Part shown: in pieces, positions 61,883-64,000 of the stretch
How positions within the stretch are numbered: the stretch's first letter is position 1
Layout of the letters: every line of letters begins with the position of its first letter
Assembly: GCA_964252035.1 (NCBI GenBank)
Contig: OZ176205.1
Reading direction: 5' to 3' (one strand)
From: Podarcis erhardii
Lineage: Eukaryota
Length of the DNA stretch: 64,000 nucleotides
Notes under the pieces: generated by a model
The model's input: only the letters and a program-made list of their open reading frames with translations
What the model was told of the DNA's origin: nothing
Databases searched by the model: none
Position numbers and translations under genes: made by a program

Positions 61883-63394
61883 TTAAGTGCACTTTGTTTC
61901 CTCTCAGCTTTACTCAGCACATGTACTTAAAAGCTTAATTTTGGGACTGTTACCAAAAACATCTTCCTTATCTTCTGCTTTCAGGCAGAGGGTATCTTCA
62001 GCCATTATGGTCTGCTACCTCTTCACATGGCTGATCGCGGTGCCGCGTGAAGCACCAGCGATTCCTAAACAAAAAACTGAGATGAGAACTGCCTCAGTTT
62101 TCCAGAGACTCTTTTAATCCTTTTAGTGCCTTTCTCAAATTCAGATTCATCAGGCAAGCAAAATACAAGAGTCTAACAAGTCAAAGCAGTCTTGTGGGTA
62201 AACACCCAAAAGGTACTGCCTTATTTATTTATTTATACGAGCCTGCTGTGAGCTGGCAGAAGAGGAGGAACGAATAGCCACATTTCTGCGCAGGGAGGAG
62301 GGGGACTTCCCTCCCTCAACTGCATGCATATTTTTATGCTGGAAGCACAGAAAGGGCGAAACATTCAAAGGCTCCTCTGCCAACCCACTCACTTCCTGCA
62401 TGGAATCCCTGGTCACCTGTGGCTACTAGGTTGCTGCTTACATGCAAGGTTGAGTTGAATAATTTTGCAAAAATAGCCTCCAAGAAACTTGTTGTCATTA
62501 TATGTATCGCTGGTACTGCTAGCCTCCTGTTAATTTTAGCCGCTGAATTATTTGAAGCAGAATTGAAGTGCACCTCCCCCGGTGAACAAAGGGTTAATTT
62601 CAAAAAGTGCACTGAAGGTGAGGAGGCAGGACAGATGTTGAAAGTGACTTACCCTGCCTCCCAGAACTGACAAGACTGGGTTGTCATTAGTTAATAAACG
62701 TATTAACTGTGGCAAAGCCGTGTTAGATAAATCAGCCATTAATAAAAGGGGTGGGAGTCCCACCGTGGCAGCTGGCCAGGTACTCTATGATAAGCACTTG
62801 CAGGACTGGGCCAATCAGACTTGATTGTTTGCTGGCAGTGGCTTCGTTGGCCAGTGCTGCAGTAAACACTTTCCCTTGGAAGTTGTGTCTGGCAGCCACA
62901 CTGGGCTGCTTGAACTTTAGCCAGAGGCAAATATTTATACATCAGAGCATGCAGTGTTCAACTGGTCAGGCCTGCAAGAACGAGGGAGAGGACTGTGGGC
63001 TTTCTTAACCAAAGAGGATGTGTGTCCTTTTTAATTGCATTCGTGACACGGTGAAGTGGAACCACATTTGAGTCTGTTTCAGTGTTAACTTTATATTCTG
63101 TAGCATAAACTTTACAAATTTGTATAAACATTAGTCATATATGTATTTTTTTAAAAAGGAACATCCTGATGTGAGCGCTGTTCCTTTAATTCCTGTTGGA
63201 AAGTTTACAGTTAATATTTTCCCTGGAACGCTGTCAAGCTTTTGACAGAGCCTGAGTGTATGCTGAACTGTGAAACTGAGAAGCAGAGCAAGTTGTGAGA
63301 AATCTGTTTCTACTCAAATCTGTAAGGTTTATAAAAACTTCAGCAGAGAGGCAGAAAGAGGGGGAGAAATATCTGAGACTGGCTCTCGTTTTGC

Positions 63395-63530
63395 CTCTCA
63401 TGGAGCGCAGTGAGTCCGCCATTTTAAGAATTCAGCAAAGGGCGAAGCTTTCAGACTCCTTACATGGCGGCTGTATTTACTTCAATTCCGGCCAATCGAA
63501 CAGTCTGTGCCAAATCATGTGACATGCCAC
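63395..63530. promoter_or_regulatory. Candidate promoter module: YY1 site(s), CCAAT box, E-box
   Basis: CCGCCATTTT (63416-63425), ACATGGCGGC (63462-63471), GGCCAATCG (63490-63498) and TCATGTGAC (63515-63523); 8 CpGs in about 145 bp in an otherwise CpG-poor window. Confidence 0.4.
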
Positions 63531-64000
63531 GAATGCACTTACAGTCATTTCCTTGTTTCTAAAAACTTTGTTACCTCTACAGATTACTTTACCTTGTTTT
63601 TGATGCCAAATGTTCTTCGCCGAACGTGTCTAGCAGGCTGGCGTTTGTCCACAAAGTTATTTTAGTAGGTAAAAAGTCTCCGAGCACTTGAGCTGTGTGC
63701 ATTCTTTATGTAAAATGGATTTCCCCTCCTGGCCTCAATCCAAGAGCACAGAACACTCGCTGGGCGAGAAGAGATCTTCTCTGCAGAGGAACTGGTGGAC
63801 TGACACACTCTAATTTTTTGGCTCTTGACCAGACAAGTGAGATAGATGCCAGAATTCAACAAAATAACACATTATTGTGTAATAGGAACAGTACTCAAAG
63901 TGAGCAAAAGCTCACAGGAACTGAACGCCAGTGCTTCTTTCTTTCTTTCTTTTTTATAACAGAAGCTTGAACTGGCACTTTTAAAATGTTATTTCAGAGG

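Overview
Vertebrate non-coding DNA (about 38-40% GC by eye, CpG-depleted, one 260-N assembly gap). It is almost certainly from a squamate reptile and probably a lacertid lizard; this is inferred from a full-length Sauria SINE plus lizard-type L2, CR1, L1 and MITE families that I recognise from memory, not from a database search. I found no protein-coding gene, tRNA, rRNA or miRNA that I can support. The listed six-frame ORFs are spurious (microsatellites, the N gap, decayed LINEs). The window reads as a large intron or gene desert populated by: seven intact ~220-250 bp Tc1/mariner (Tigger-like) MITEs with TA duplications; hAT- and Harbinger-like MITEs; three types of tRNA-derived SINE besides the Sauria SINE; L2, CR1 and L1 fragments; a possible solo LTR; and many microsatellites. 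The observations most worth checking are: a compact YY1/CCAAT/E-box promoter-like module near 63.4 kb; a 20-bp retroposed Sauria/Bov-B tail between 7-bp target duplications; two MITEs 80 bp apart inside one L2; a CpG-rich TAGCGG array inside a MITE; an L2 whose endonuclease domain is fused to its RT by deletion; and a few candidate exons and conserved-element-like blocks. None of these is demonstrably a new biological system from sequence alone.
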